Shown in pieces: positions 8,163 through 18,718 of a stretch of DNA of 30,282 nucleotides. The position numbers and the translations under genes are program-made. Origin of the DNA: Pseudomonadota bacterium (GTDB lineage Bacteria > Pseudomonadota > Alphaproteobacteria > Rhizobiales > Aestuariivirgaceae); the NCBI GenBank assembly GCA_046726135.1, contig JBKOZY010000466.1:1-30282 (forward strand), given 5' to 3'. Within the stretch, counting starts at the first letter, position 1; each line of letters starts with the position of its first letter. The notes beneath the pieces are model-generated. The model saw only the letters and a list, made by a program, of their open reading frames with translations, had not been told where the DNA came from and ran no database searches.

Positions 8163-9350
8163 ATGGAAATTGTCACTTCAACGCCAGCCCTCGAGAGCCT
8201 CTGCTCTCAACTCTCACAGGAAGACTTCGTGACCGTCGACACGGAGTTCATGCGAGAGCAAACCTACTGGCCAGAATTGTGCCTCGTCCAGATTGCCGGG
8301 GCGGAGCATGAGGCGATCATCGATCCGCTGGCTCCCGACCTCGTGCTCGAGCCGTTCTGGCAGCTCATGGTGGACCGGCGCGTGGTCAAGGTGTTCCACG
8401 CGGCGCGTCAGGACGTCGAGATCGTCTATTCGCGGGCCGGCGTGATCCCCGCACCGCTGTTCGACACCCAGGTCGCGGCCATGGTGTGCGGCTTCGGCGA
8501 CCAGGCGAGTTACGAGGTCCTGGCCCGCAAGCTCGCCCGCACCCAGATCGACAAGACCTCGCGCTTCACCGACTGGAGCCGCCGCCCGCTGTCGCAGAAG
8601 CAGCTCGCCTATGCGCTGTGCGACGTCACCCATCTGAGAACAATCTATCGGCGGCTCAAGGCCGAGCTCGATGCATCCGGTCGCGAGGGCTGGCTCGAGG
8701 AGGAGATGGCCCAGCTGAGCCACGCTGGCAATTATCGCACCGAGCCGGTCGATGCCTGGAAGCGGCTGAAGTTCAAGCCGCGCAACCGCAAGCAGCTGGC
8801 GATCCTGATCGCCGTCGCCGCTTGGCGGGAACGCGAGGCGCAGGCGCGCAACATCCCGCGCAACCGGGTGATCAAGGACGATGCCATCATCGAGATCGCC
8901 ATGCAGGCGCCAGCCAGCATCGAGGCGCTGAGAGAGCTCAGGGCGCTGCCCCGCGGCTATGCCTCCTCGCGGCTCGGCGAAGGGCTGCTCGTTGCCATTC
9001 GCGAGGGCTTGGCAATCGACCAGGCCAAGCTGCCGCCGATCGCCGACGAGCAGCGACCGCTGCCCGAGGGCACGGCGGTGATCGCCGACATTCTGAAGCT
9101 CGCCCTCAAGGTGGTTTGCGATGCTCACGGCATTGCGCCGCGGCTCGTCGCCTCGAGCAGCGACATCGAGGCGATCGCCGCCGGCGAGGACAGCGACGTG
9201 CCGGCGATGAAGGGCTGGCGGCGCAAGCTGTTCGGCGAGACGGCGCTCGAGATCCGCGCCGGCCGTTCGGCCATCGGCCTCAAGAACGGCCGCAGCGCCA
9301 TCTTCCCCGTGACCGGCGAGCACAGCAAGCGCAGCGCCGCCGCCGAGTAG
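8163..9350 (+). CDS. rnd: Ribonuclease D, 395 aa
   Basis: DEDD motifs VTVDTEFMRE.TYWPELCLVQ, KVFHAARQDVE, FDTQVAAM and YALCDVTHL, plus an HRDC region RNRVIKDDAIIEIA. Confidence 0.95.
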   Translation: MEIVTSTPALESLCSQLSQEDFVTVDTEFMREQTYWPELCLVQIAGAEHEAIIDPLAPDLVLEPFWQLMVDRRVVKVFHAARQDVEIVYSRAGVIPAPLFDTQVAAMVCGFGDQASYEVLARKLARTQIDKTSRFTDWSRRPLSQKQLAYALCDVTHLRTIYRRLKAELDASGREGWLEEEMAQLSHAGNYRTEPVDAWKRLKFKPRNRKQLAILIAVAAWREREAQARNIPRNRVIKDDAIIEIAMQAPASIEALRELRALPRGYASSRLGEGLLVAIREGLAIDQAKLPPIADEQRPLPEGTAVIADILKLALKVVCDAHGIAPRLVASSSDIEAIAAGEDSDVPAMKGWRRKLFGETALEIRAGRSAIGLKNGRSAIFPVTGEHSKRSAAAE

Positions 9351-9392
9351 GTCTCTCTGCATTTTCCCCTTTGCCCCGTGTCCGCGGCTGGA

Positions 9393-9460
<68 letters not shown>

Positions 9461-9463
9461 ACC

Positions 9464-10981
9464 CTACCCGATCACCACCTTGCCGGTGCGGCCGAGCAGG
9501 CTCGCCAGCGCATCGAGCCGCTTCTGCACGGTCTCGCCCATGAGATCGGCATGGGAGCGACGCAGCCCCAGGATCAACCCCTTGTCGGGCGCGGCCTGCA
9601 AGGTGATCTGCGGCAGCAGGCCCGGCATGGCGGCAGTCAGCACATAGGCGAGCCGCATCGCCGCGGCGAGCACCCGCGCCCGCTCGATCCAGTCGTCCCG
9701 GAGCAGCCTCAGGAGCTCGCCCGGCGCATCCTCGCTCGAGGGCCCCTCATAGCGGTAGAACACCGCGAGCGCGATGAAGACGCGCGAGGGGTGGTCGATG
9801 CCGACAAAGGCCGCCTGGGTGATGGTCATGAGCGAGCGGCCGCCGCGATAGTCGGGATGGGCGCGCCAGGAGATGTCGGCGAGCATGCAGGCGGCGCGCC
9901 GCAGCCGGGCTTCGTCGGCGCTTTCCTTGATCATCCCCTGTTCGACAAGCTGGTTGGTCCATTCGGCAAGCTCGATCTCATGGCTCGGCGAGCGCGAATA
10001 GCGGCGGGCAAAGTCCCAGCAGGCGGCGAGCAGCGGGTCGCCCAGGCGCTTGCGCTTGTCGAGCTTGGAATAGAGCAGGCCTTCGCGCAGTCCATGCGCC
10101 GAGACGATCACCGCCTTGGGCTTGCCGGCGGTCAGGATGCGGTCCAGCACCAGCGCCCCGAATGGCAGCGTGTCGGCGCGGCTGCGCGACAGGGCCCGCA
10201 CATCCTTCAGCGATGCCGGCGACAACCCCGCCACCAGGCTTGCCACCGAGCGCGCCGAGTCGCGCGCCATCGTGTAGTAGTGCAGCACCGTCAGCGGATA
10301 GCCGGTCTGGCGCATGTGAAGGCGGGCAAGGTTGCGCCAGGTGCCGCCCACCGCATAGAAGAACCGGCCGCGAAGCCGGTCCATCAGTGCGGTTTGCTGG
10401 AGCTGGCCATCGATGATGTTGCGGGCTTTCGCCACCGACCCGCCCGACATGTCGATGAGCCTCAACGGCCCAAGCGGCAGGGTCACGCCGTCGCGGATCG
10501 CGCCGTCCTTCACATCGACGAGCTCGAGGCTGCCGCCGCCGAGGTCGCCGACAATGCCGTCGGCGGCGGGAATGCCGGAGATGACGCCGAGCGCCGCGAG
10601 CTGCGCCTCATCCCTCCCGGCGAGAATGGTGATCGGGGCGTCGAGCGCCTCCTCGGCATTGCGGATGAAGCTCTGTCCATTGGCGGCCTCGCGGGCCGCC
10701 GCGGTCGCCACCGCAAAGACCTCGATGACGCCGATCTGTTTGCCGAGCGCGCGGAACCGCCGCAGCGCCGACAGTGCCCGCTCGATGGCATCGGCCGGCA
10801 GGTTGCCGGTCAGCGACACGCCGCGACCGAGACCGCACAGGATCTTCTCGTTCACCACCGGCGTCGGCGCGCGCCTGAGACCGTCATAGACCACGAGACG
10901 CACCGAGTTCGACCCGATGTCGACAACCGCCACCGGTCGAAAGCGCAGGGAGCCGCCTTCCAAGTCCTTGACGAAAGTCAC
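9464..10981 (-). CDS. ppx: Exopolyphosphatase, Ppx/GppA family, 505 aa
   Basis: [38 protein letters not shown] and C-terminal [14 protein letters not shown]. Overlaps the ppk1 stop by 4 nt. Confidence 0.93.
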   Translation of the reverse strand: MTFVKDLEGGSLRFRPVAVVDIGSNSVRLVVYDGLRRAPTPVVNEKILCGLGRGVSLTGNLPADAIERALSALRRFRALGKQIGVIEVFAVATAAAREAANGQSFIRNAEEALDAPITILAGRDEAQLAALGVISGIPAADGIVGDLGGGSLELVDVKDGAIRDGVTLPLGPLRLIDMSGGSVAKARNIIDGQLQQTALMDRLRGRFFYAVGGTWRNLARLHMRQTGYPLTVLHYYTMARDSARSVASLVAGLSPASLKDVRALSRSRADTLPFGALVLDRILTAGKPKAVIVSAHGLREGLLYSKLDKRKRLGDPLLAACWDFARRYSRSPSHEIELAEWTNQLVEQGMIKESADEARLRRAACMLADISWRAHPDYRGGRSLMTITQAAFVGIDHPSRVFIALAVFYRYEGPSSEDAPGELLRLLRDDWIERARVLAAAMRLAYVLTAAMPGLLPQITLQAAPDKGLILGLRRSHADLMGETVQKRLDALASLLGRTGKVVIG

Positions 10982-13203
10982 TTCCGCGCCTTGACCTTTT
11001 TCGAGATGTCTCCGGAGATCTCGGGCGGCAGCCGGTCCTTGAGCGAGCTGCCGCGGCCCGACAGCGACGGATTGTTCATGAAATACTCATGGGCGTTGAA
11101 TGGCTCCTCGCCGGGCTGAAGCTCGATGCGCCGCCACGAGCCGTCGGCAAGAAGCTCCCAGCTCTGCTGGTTGTCCTTGAGATTGGCCACCATGATCTGG
11201 TCGAGCACCTGGGTGTGAACCGTGGGGGTGAAAATGGGAACGAGAGTCTCCACCCGGCGGTGAAGATTGCGCGGCATCCAGTCGGCCGAGGAGATGTAGA
11301 CGCGGGCCCGCGGATGCGGCAAGCCGAAACCGGAGCCGAAGCAGACGATGCGCGAATGCTCGAGGAAACGACCGATGAGGCTCTTGACACGGATATTGTC
11401 GGACAGGCCGGGGACGCCGGGCCTCAGGCAGCATATGCCGCGAACGACGAGGTCGATCTGGACGCCGGCATTGCTCGCGACATAAAGCGCATCGATGAGC
11501 CCGGGATCGACCAGCGAGTTGAGCTTGGCCCAGATCTGGGCCGGGCGCCCCGCCTTGGCATGGGCGATCTCCTCGTCGATATGCTCGAGCAGCCGCTGCT
11601 CAAGCGTCAGAGGCGAGATCGAGATCCGCTCGAGCTCCTCCGGCTGGGCATAGCCGGAGACGAAGTTGAAGAGCCGCGCTGCATCGCGGCACAGCGCCGG
11701 ATCGGTGGTGAAGAAGGAAAGGTCGGTATAGATCTTGGCGGTCACCGGATGATAGTTGCCGGTGCCGTAATGGACATAGGAGCGCATCTGCCCGCCTTCG
11801 CGGCGCACCACCATCGACACCTTGGCGTGGGTCTTGAGCTCGATGAAGCCGAACACCACCTGCGCGCCGGCCCGCTCGAGGTCGCGCGACCACTGGATGT
11901 TGGCCTCCTCGTCGAAGCGCGCCTTGAGCTCGACCAGCGCCATCACCGACTTGCCGGCCTCCGCCGCCTTGGAAAGTGCCGCGACGATCGGGCTGTCGCG
12001 CGAGGTGCGGTAGAGCGTCTGCTTGATGGCGACGACATCGGGATCGGCCGCCGCCTGCCGGATGAACTGCACGACCACGTCGAAGGATTCATAAGGATGG
12101 TGGACGATGATGTCCTTCTGGCGGATCGCCGCGAAGCAGTCGCCGCCATGATCGCGGATGCGCTCCGGGAAGCGGGCGTTGAACGGCTTGAATTTGAGGT
12201 CGGGCCGCTCGTCCAGGATGAGCAGGCTGGTATCGGCATAGCCGATCAGGCCCGAGCAGGCGATGATGACATCGTCGCTGACCTGCAGCTCCTCGGCGAT
12301 GAATTTGCGCAACGCCGCCGGACACGCGGCGTCGACCTCCATGCGAATCACCACGCCGCGCCGCCGCCGCTTCAACGCCGTCTCGAACAGCCGGACCAGA
12401 TCCTCGGCTTCCTCCTCGATCTCGATATCGCTGTCGCGAATGATGCGGAACAGCCCCTGGCCAAGCAGGTCGTAACCCGGGAACAGCCGCGGGATGAACA
12501 GGGTCAGCAGCTGCTCGAGCGCCAGGAAACGGGCGCCGGCGCTGATCGACGGCAGCCTCACGAAACGCTCGAGCTGGTGCGGGATCGGCAAGAGCGCGTT
12601 CATCCGGTCGCCGTCCTTGCGGCGCTTCAGCTCGGCAGCGAGGAAGAAGCCGCGGTTCGGGATGAACGGAAAGGGATGTGCCGGATCGATGGCGATGGGC
12701 GTGACGACGGGCAGGATCTGATCGAGAAAGCGCTGGTCGAGCCATGCCTTGTCCTCGCGCGCCAGCTCATGCGGCTCGAGCACGGTGATGCCATTGTCGG
12801 AAAGCTCGCTCCTCAGCTGATGCCAGCGGGTGTCCTGCTCGCGCATCAGCTCATTCGCCTCGGTGCGGATGAGGTCGAGCCGCTCGGCGGCGGTCAGCCC
12901 GTCCTCCGAGATCTCGACGACGCCGAGCCGCATCTGGCCGACCAGGCCGGCGACACGCACCATGAAGAACTCATCGAGATTGTTGCCGCTGATCGACAGG
13001 AAGCGGAGCCGCTCGAGCAGCGGATGGCGCGGATTGCGCGCTTCCTGGAGAACGCGATAGTTAAAGCCGAGCCAGGAAAGCTCGCGATTGATGAAGCGTG
13101 ACGGGTCCTCGAGCAGCGACTTCGCGTCGGCGCGCCGCGACAGCGCCGTCACCTGAGAGCTCGCGGCCATCGTCTCGACCGGTTCGCGGCTTTCACTCGT
13201 CAT
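10978..13203 (-). CDS. ppk1: Polyphosphate kinase 1, ~741 aa
   Basis: [65 protein letters not shown] and SADWMPRNL motifs. Confidence 0.97.
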   Translation of the reverse strand: MTSESREPVETMAASSQVTALSRRADAKSLLEDPSRFINRELSWLGFNYRVLQEARNPRHPLLERLRFLSISGNNLDEFFMVRVAGLVGQMRLGVVEISEDGLTAAERLDLIRTEANELMREQDTRWHQLRSELSDNGITVLEPHELAREDKAWLDQRFLDQILPVVTPIAIDPAHPFPFIPNRGFFLAAELKRRKDGDRMNALLPIPHQLERFVRLPSISAGARFLALEQLLTLFIPRLFPGYDLLGQGLFRIIRDSDIEIEEEAEDLVRLFETALKRRRRGVVIRMEVDAACPAALRKFIAEELQVSDDVIIACSGLIGYADTSLLILDERPDLKFKPFNARFPERIRDHGGDCFAAIRQKDIIVHHPYESFDVVVQFIRQAAADPDVVAIKQTLYRTSRDSPIVAALSKAAEAGKSVMALVELKARFDEEANIQWSRDLERAGAQVVFGFIELKTHAKVSMVVRREGGQMRSYVHYGTGNYHPVTAKIYTDLSFFTTDPALCRDAARLFNFVSGYAQPEELERISISPLTLEQRLLEHIDEEIAHAKAGRPAQIWAKLNSLVDPGLIDALYVASNAGVQIDLVVRGICCLRPGVPGLSDNIRVKSLIGRFLEHSRIVCFGSGFGLPHPRARVYISSADWMPRNLHRRVETLVPIFTPTVHTQVLDQIMVANLKDNQQSWELLADGSWRRIELQPGEEPFNAHEYFMNNPSLSGRGSSLKDRLPPEISGDISKKVKARK

Positions 13204-13915
13204 GGTCAGCCCCTTCCGGTTTTTCTCGCCGCGCCAGCACGCGGGCGATGAGGTTGCGGGTCACCTCCGATTTTTCCGCGAGCGATCGCGAGTCGATCTC
13301 GGCAACAAGCTCCCGGGCTTCGCCAAGCGAACGATGCATGCGCAGCAGGATGAACCCGATGGTGGGCTCGTCGACCGGCAGCTGGCGGTCGGCGAACAGC
13401 TTGATCAGCACGCCGCGCAGCAGATCATCGTCCGGGCCGCCGATCGGTGCGACATAGGCCGCCTTGAGCCGCGACGCGAGATCGGGGAGCCGGACCTCCC
13501 AACGCGACGGGTCGGTGCGGCTGGTGATCAGCACGTGGCTTCTGGTCTCGCGCGCCAGGTTGATGAGATGGAACATCGCCCGCTCGTCGAGATTGGGACC
13601 CGGCGCATCCTCGACCACCAGCGCATTGGGCTCGAGAAGAGTGGGCACCCGTTCGACCGTCAGCTCATGGATGCCGATGCGGTGGCCGTCGCTGTCGCGC
13701 CGCCAGATCTCCGCCAGGTGGCTCTTGCCGCAGCCCGCCGGCCCGGTCAGCACCAGCACCCGGTTCGGCCAGTCGGGCCAGCGATCGATCGCCGCGAGCG
13801 CCGCGCGGTTGGCATCGGAGACCAGGAAGTCGTCGCGGCCGCTCGCCTCGACATGCGGCAGATTGAAGGCCAGCTGGCCCTCGCGCGAGGCATCGCCACG
13901 AGCGGTCGGCATCAC
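13193..13915 (-). CDS. hdaA: DnaA-related AAA+ protein, HdaA/Hda-like, ~240 aa
   Basis: QLAFNL clamp-binding-like motif, DDFLVSDAN, Walker [11 protein letters not shown] and LPDLASRL. Sits at the usual position upstream of ppk. Confidence 0.85.
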   Translation of the reverse strand: MMPTARGDASREGQLAFNLPHVEASGRDDFLVSDANRAALAAIDRWPDWPNRVLVLTGPAGCGKSHLAEIWRRDSDGHRIGIHELTVERVPTLLEPNALVVEDAPGPNLDERAMFHLINLARETRSHVLITSRTDPSRWEVRLPDLASRLKAAYVAPIGGPDDDLLRGVLIKLFADRQLPVDEPTIGFILLRMHRSLGEARELVAEIDSRSLAEKSEVTRNLIARVLARREKPEGADHDE

Positions 13916-14469
13916 CAGCTCGTATCCCGGTTCTGCCCGTCGCCAGCCATATGGGCGATCCAGTTCACCATGTACTGCGCACCTGACACAACCGTGAGAA
14001 AACCGACAACGACGCTTCCCCAGAGTATCAGAACTGGGTGGGGCTCGGCAAAGGCCAGGGCGCCGATAATCATCGCGGCGAGGGTGATCTGAACGGTGGT
14101 GTTCGCCTTGCTGAGGAACAGCGGCTGCATCCGCACCGGCTTGCCGACCACCCAGGACAGGATCACCGCGCCGACGATCATCACATCGCGGCTGACCACC
14201 AGAATGACCAGCCAGTCGGGCAGGAAGCCCTGGAGGCCGAGGGCGACATAGATGCTGACCAGCAGCAGCTTGTCGGCCAGGGGATCGAGATAGGCTCCAA
14301 GCTCGGTGACGCTGTTGTAATTCTTGGCAATGAAGCCATCGACCGCATCGGTGATGCCGGCCGCGACGAAGATGGCGAAGGCAAATCCGAAATTGCTGGA
14401 AATGATCAGCCAGATGAGCAGCGGCACCATGAGGATGCGGGCAATCGTCAGCAGATTCGGCACGCTCAT
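13912..14469 (-). CDS. CDP-alcohol phosphatidyltransferase (PgsA/Cls-like), ~185 aa
   Basis: MSVPNLLTIARI start and the signature AGITDAVDGFIAK...TELGAYLDPLADK; hydrophobic. Confidence 0.88.
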   Translation of the reverse strand: MSVPNLLTIARILMVPLLIWLIISSNFGFAFAIFVAAGITDAVDGFIAKNYNSVTELGAYLDPLADKLLLVSIYVALGLQGFLPDWLVILVVSRDVMIVGAVILSWVVGKPVRMQPLFLSKANTTVQITLAAMIIGALAFAEPHPVLILWGSVVVGFLTVVSGAQYMVNWIAHMAGDGQNRDTSW

Positions 14470-14486
14470 CGGGAGAACATCATGCT

Positions 14487-15560
14487 CTAATAGCTCTGCA
14501 GCACCCATGAATTGCCATGGAGCCGCAGAATCATCCGCTGCATCTGCAGCGAGGCCTGGAGCTGCTGGAACGGCACCGTATAGCTCAGTCTGATGATTGC
14601 GCCATTGCCGGAGATGGTGCTGATGTCGACGCCGGCCACCCCGGGGGTCGACATCAGCCTGCCCCGGGTCACGCTGAATTCTGAAGGGTTGGAGAACGGC
14701 ACGGCGATGTTCAGGCTTGCCGCCTGAACCTCGGCCCGCGCTTCGGTGACGGTCTGCTGCTTCCACTTCTGGATCATGATGCGATGAAAGCGCTGGGCGG
14801 CGCTTTGCGCGGCGGCGGCAACCCCACCGCTCTCGACGGTGTAGGTCTTGTCGAACAGGACCCGGCCGAGTGGCGTATCGCCCTGCATCTTGGCATGGAT
14901 CGCATTCTCGCCCACCGGCTCGGCAACGGCGACGAGCACCGACTCGGCCTGATAGCGCAGCCTGAGCGCCTCGAGCTTGTCGGCATCGCCGGCGAGCGCC
15001 TGGTCGACCGACACCGCTTCGGCATCGTTGAGATCGCCGAGCGGCACCATGATCGGCACCACCGCGTTTTCCGCCTTGAGATCCTGCCAGGCCCGTCGCC
15101 AGGGATTTTCATCCCAGGCGGTGGCGCCGTCGCCCGTCGACCAGACCGGCACCACGACGATCCGCGGCGCCTGCTTCTCGGTGAAGGCGACGCCGGCCCG
15201 GGCCAGCGTTTCGCGCACCTTGTCGGGGAGGAAGTTGATGGTGAGCTTGCCGATGTAACGCCCAGGCCCCGTGCGCTCCTCCTCGATCGACAGGCTCGCC
15301 AGCATGCGGCCGATCTGGCCCGGCGGCAGATCCTTGAGCTTGGCGTCGGCGCCGTCCTCGGCAATGCGGTCGAGCAGGACGCCGAACGCCTTGACCTGAG
15401 CTTCGGAAATCGCCTTCATCTTGGCCGAGGCGGCGTCCCTGTCGGTGGCGTCGACCTTGACGCCCGTCACCCGGTACACGGCATCGTCGGCCTCGGCGCG
15501 CGATGCCGCAATGAGCAGCAAAAACGTGAAGATCAATGTCCAGAACAGCGGTCGATCCAC
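14487..15560 (-). CDS. DUF2066-like exported protein, ~357 aa
   Basis: GTG start after a GGAG SD. Signal peptide ...AASRAEA, then VYRVTGVKVDAT...AK..A..EAQ..AF..LL. Its position next to the pur genes and the pgsA-like gene fits this family. Confidence 0.65.
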   Translation of the reverse strand: MDRPLFWTLIFTFLLLIAASRAEADDAVYRVTGVKVDATDRDAASAKMKAISEAQVKAFGVLLDRIAEDGADAKLKDLPPGQIGRMLASLSIEEERTGPGRYIGKLTINFLPDKVRETLARAGVAFTEKQAPRIVVVPVWSTGDGATAWDENPWRRAWQDLKAENAVVPIMVPLGDLNDAEAVSVDQALAGDADKLEALRLRYQAESVLVAVAEPVGENAIHAKMQGDTPLGRVLFDKTYTVESGGVAAAAQSAAQRFHRIMIQKWKQQTVTEARAEVQAASLNIAVPFSNPSEFSVTRGRLMSTPGVAGVDISTISGNGAIIRLSYTVPFQQLQASLQMQRMILRLHGNSWVLQSY

Positions 15561-15806
15561 CCGAGACTCCTGGCCGTCCAAAGCCGCCCGTCTTCCGAGC
15601 CGTTGCTATTCCCTTACACTCATGGAGACCGTCAGAAAAAGCGATTTTGATGGCAGTGACGGCGCCTCGGACCGCCGAAAACGCCATCCGCAGGCCAAGT
15701 TTCATAGAAAAGACAACGGTCATATGACCGCCTCCGCCTCGCCAATGTTCTCAACCGCTTTGACGCAGGTGTGGATATCTCGGTCGGCACGGCTCGGTTG
15801 CGAAGC

Positions 15807-16484
15807 ATGAAACGGCGACCCGTCGCGATTCTGATCTCCGGGCGCGGGTCCAACATGGCGGCGCTGATCGCGGCGACCCAACGGCAGGATTATCCGGCGG
15901 CGATTTCCATCGTCATCTCCAATCGTCCGGAGGCCCCGGGTCTCGAGCGCGCGGCGGCCGAGGGGGTGGCAACGGCAGTGCTCGACCACCGCTCGTTCGC
16001 CGATCGCTCGCGCTTCGATGCCGAGCTCAGGAAAATGATCGACGGATCGGGCGCCGAGCTCGTGGCCTGCGCCGGCTACATGCGGATCATGACACCGCCT
16101 TTTGTCGAGGCCTATGCCGGGCGGATGATCAACATCCACCCCGCCCTCCTGCCGCTCTATAAGGGGCTCGATACCCATGCTCGGGCGCTTGCCGACGGGG
16201 TGCGGATCCATGGCTGCACTGTCCATTTCGTGACAACGGAGATCGACAGCGGTCCGATCATCGCCCAGGCGGCAGTGCCGGTGATGCCGGGCGACACGCC
16301 GTTGACCTTGGCCGCGCGGGTCAATGCCGCCGAGCTCAAGCTCTTTCCGGCCGCTTTGGAGCAGGTTGCCGCCGGCAATGTCTGGCTGGAAAACGGCCGG
16401 GTGGTCAGTCGCAACGACGACATCGCCGACCCCCTCGCCCGATTGTTCTCGCCGTCGCTGCCGGAGGAGCTTGCGAAATCTTGA
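15807..16484 (+). CDS. purN: Phosphoribosylglycinamide formyltransferase, ~225 aa
   Basis: VAILISGRGSNM, LVACAGYMRI, INIHPALLP, HGCTVHFVT and DSGPIIAQ motifs. Confidence 0.95.
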   Translation: MKRRPVAILISGRGSNMAALIAATQRQDYPAAISIVISNRPEAPGLERAAAEGVATAVLDHRSFADRSRFDAELRKMIDGSGAELVACAGYMRIMTPPFVEAYAGRMINIHPALLPLYKGLDTHARALADGVRIHGCTVHFVTTEIDSGPIIAQAAVPVMPGDTPLTLAARVNAAELKLFPAALEQVAAGNVWLENGRVVSRNDDIADPLARLFSPSLPEELAKS

Positions 16485-16603
16485 GCCCACCCAATCTAAC
16501 ACTTGGTGAGTGCGGCATTTGTCGAATCTTATGGGAGCGATTATCGCCGCATTCGGCTGTACACTGGCGTTTGAACGAGGCCCAAGTGAGCAGGGGACGG
16601 ACG

Positions 16604-17428
16604 ATGTGTCACCGGGGTTGCGAAAGGATAGCGCTGGCCGCGGTGATCGTGCTTTTCTTGAGCATGTTGACGATTCATCAGGCGGCCGCCGCGGAGCTGG
16701 CCGTCGACCTCGAGCTGGTCATGGCGGTCGACATCTCGCTGTCGATGGATGAGGACGAGCAGCGGTTGCAGCGCGACGGCTATGCCGCCGCCTTTCGCCA
16801 TCCCGAGATCATCGAGGCAATCCGCAGCGGACCGCATGGTCGCATCGCCGCCACCTATGTCGAATGGGCCGGCGAGAACTTCCAGCGCACCGTCGTGCCG
16901 TGGACGATGATCGACGGCGCGGCGACTGCGCTTCCCTTTGCCGACAAGCTCGCCGCCGCCCCGATCGAGCAGACCTATCGCACCTCGATCTCGGGCGCGC
17001 TGCTCTATGCCGGCGACCTGTTCGACGGCAATGGCTATCAGGGACGCGCCGTCATCGACGTGTCGGGCGACGGCGCGAACAATCAGGGAATCTCGGTCGA
17101 GATCGCCCGCGACCAGGCGGTGCGTCGCGGCATCACAATCAACGGCCTGCCATTGCTGCTCAAGCCCGGCAGCTTCGATGGCTATTTCGAGATGGTCAAT
17201 CTCGACGACTATTACGAGGACTGCGTAATCGGCGGTACCGGCGCCTTCATCGTCCCGGTCCGCGCCTTGTCCGAATTCGTGCCGGCCATCCGCCGCAAGC
17301 TGGTGATGGAGATCGCCGGCCGCGTGCCGACCATCACCAAGGCGGCCACCACGGTGCGCGAGCGCTCCGACTGCCTGGTCGGCGAGAAAATGTGGAACCA
17401 GTGGATGGAGCGGTTCTATCGCGAGTGA
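16604..17428 (+). CDS. DUF1194 (vWA-like) exported protein, ~274 aa
   Basis: DLELVMAVDIS.SMD..EQRLQRDGYAAAF, VIDVSGDGANN, ITINGL and YYEDCVIGGTGAF. N-terminal signal-like segment; SD AGGGGA. Confidence 0.8.
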   Translation: MCHRGCERIALAAVIVLFLSMLTIHQAAAAELAVDLELVMAVDISLSMDEDEQRLQRDGYAAAFRHPEIIEAIRSGPHGRIAATYVEWAGENFQRTVVPWTMIDGAATALPFADKLAAAPIEQTYRTSISGALLYAGDLFDGNGYQGRAVIDVSGDGANNQGISVEIARDQAVRRGITINGLPLLLKPGSFDGYFEMVNLDDYYEDCVIGGTGAFIVPVRALSEFVPAIRRKLVMEIAGRVPTITKAATTVRERSDCLVGEKMWNQWMERFYRE

Positions 17429-18612
17429 GCCGCCTCGGCCGTCGCCTCGATCTGGCCGGACGTGGCGAGCCGGAGAATGGTGAAGCCCAAGACCGCCGAC
17501 ACCAGCGAGCCGCAGAGAACACCGAGCCGCACGCCGGCGAGCTCGTTCTCGCCGCTGAAGGCGAGCATGCCGATGAACAGGCTCATGGTGAAGCCGATGC
17601 CGCCGAGGCAGGCCGCCCCGACCATATGGGCGAAGGTGCAATGCGCCGGCAGCCGCGACCAGCCTGATTTCACTGCGAGCACCGTCATGCCGAATATGCC
17701 GAGCGGCTTGCCGACGATGAGGCCGGCGGCGATCGCAAGCGGCAAGGGCTGGAGCAGGCTTGCGATGCCGAAGCCGTGGAACGTGACGCCGGCATTGGCA
17801 AAGGCGAAGAGCGGCAGGATCAGCCATTTGACATAGGGGTGAAGCGCATCCTCCAGCCGCTCGATCATCGGCACTCCTCTGTTGCCCCGGAGCGGTATGG
17901 CAAAGGCGAGCGCGACGCCGCTGAGGGTCGGGTGAATCCCTGAGCTGAGCACTGCCAGCCACAGCAGCATCCCGACCACCACATAGGGGAAGATCCGGGT
18001 CACCCCGAGCCGGTTGAACAGGATCAGCACGGCGAGCGCCAGCGCCGAGACACCGAGCGCCGGCAGGTACAGCGCACTCGTGTAGAACACGGCGATAATG
18101 GCGATCGCGCCGAGGTCATCGAGCGTCGCCAGCGCCAGCAGGAACACCTTCAGCGATAACGGCGCCCGCGACCCGAGCAGCGCCAGCGCCCCGAGCGCAA
18201 AGGCGATGTCGGTCGCCGCCGGGATGGCCCAGCCGCGGAGCAGCGCGCCGCCCTCCGCCTCATAGGCGATCAGCGTGTAGATCGCCGCCGGCATCGCCAT
18301 GCCGCCCGCTGCCGCCAGCAAGGGCAGCATGAGCTGGTCGCTCGATGACAGGTGACCTTCGAGGGCCTCGCGCTTGATCTCGAGCCCGACCAGGAAGAAG
18401 AACACCGCCATCAGGGCATCGTTGATCCAGAAGACGAGCGGCTTGCTCAGCTGCCAATCGCCGACCGCGATCGTTCCCGGCAACGTCAGGAACGCCTGAT
18501 AATACGGGGCGAGCGTCGAATCGTTGCTGACGATCAGCGCGGCGATCGCCGCGCTGACAAGAATGAAGCCTGCGGTCGCCTCATGGTTGATGAAGCGGAT
18601 GAGAGCCTGCAT
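17416..18612 (-). CDS. nhaA: Na+/H+ antiporter NhaA, 398 aa
   Basis: WINDALMAVFFFLVGLEIKRE, GWAIPAATDIAFALG, LATLDDLGAI and GIGFTMSLFI motifs. Confidence 0.95.
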   Translation of the reverse strand: MQALIRFINHEATAGFILVSAAIAALIVSNDSTLAPYYQAFLTLPGTIAVGDWQLSKPLVFWINDALMAVFFFLVGLEIKREALEGHLSSSDQLMLPLLAAAGGMAMPAAIYTLIAYEAEGGALLRGWAIPAATDIAFALGALALLGSRAPLSLKVFLLALATLDDLGAIAIIAVFYTSALYLPALGVSALALAVLILFNRLGVTRIFPYVVVGMLLWLAVLSSGIHPTLSGVALAFAIPLRGNRGVPMIERLEDALHPYVKWLILPLFAFANAGVTFHGFGIASLLQPLPLAIAAGLIVGKPLGIFGMTVLAVKSGWSRLPAHCTFAHMVGAACLGGIGFTMSLFIGMLAFSGENELAGVRLGVLCGSLVSAVLGFTILRLATSGQIEATAEAAHSR

Positions 18613-18718
18613 TGCCCGCGCTGTCCCTGCTCAACGATCGCCGATCGGTGGAAGTTTAGGCATGAGCCGAGCTGCAACAAGCTTAATCGAGAGCTCGATC
18701 CTCAACCGTTCCGCGCGG

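Noticed and set aside
15640-15720. ZTP (pfl) riboswitch upstream of purN
   Set aside because: GTGACGGCG resembles part of the motif, but the U of GUGACUGGCG and the 3' GCCUGGG pseudoknot element are missing.
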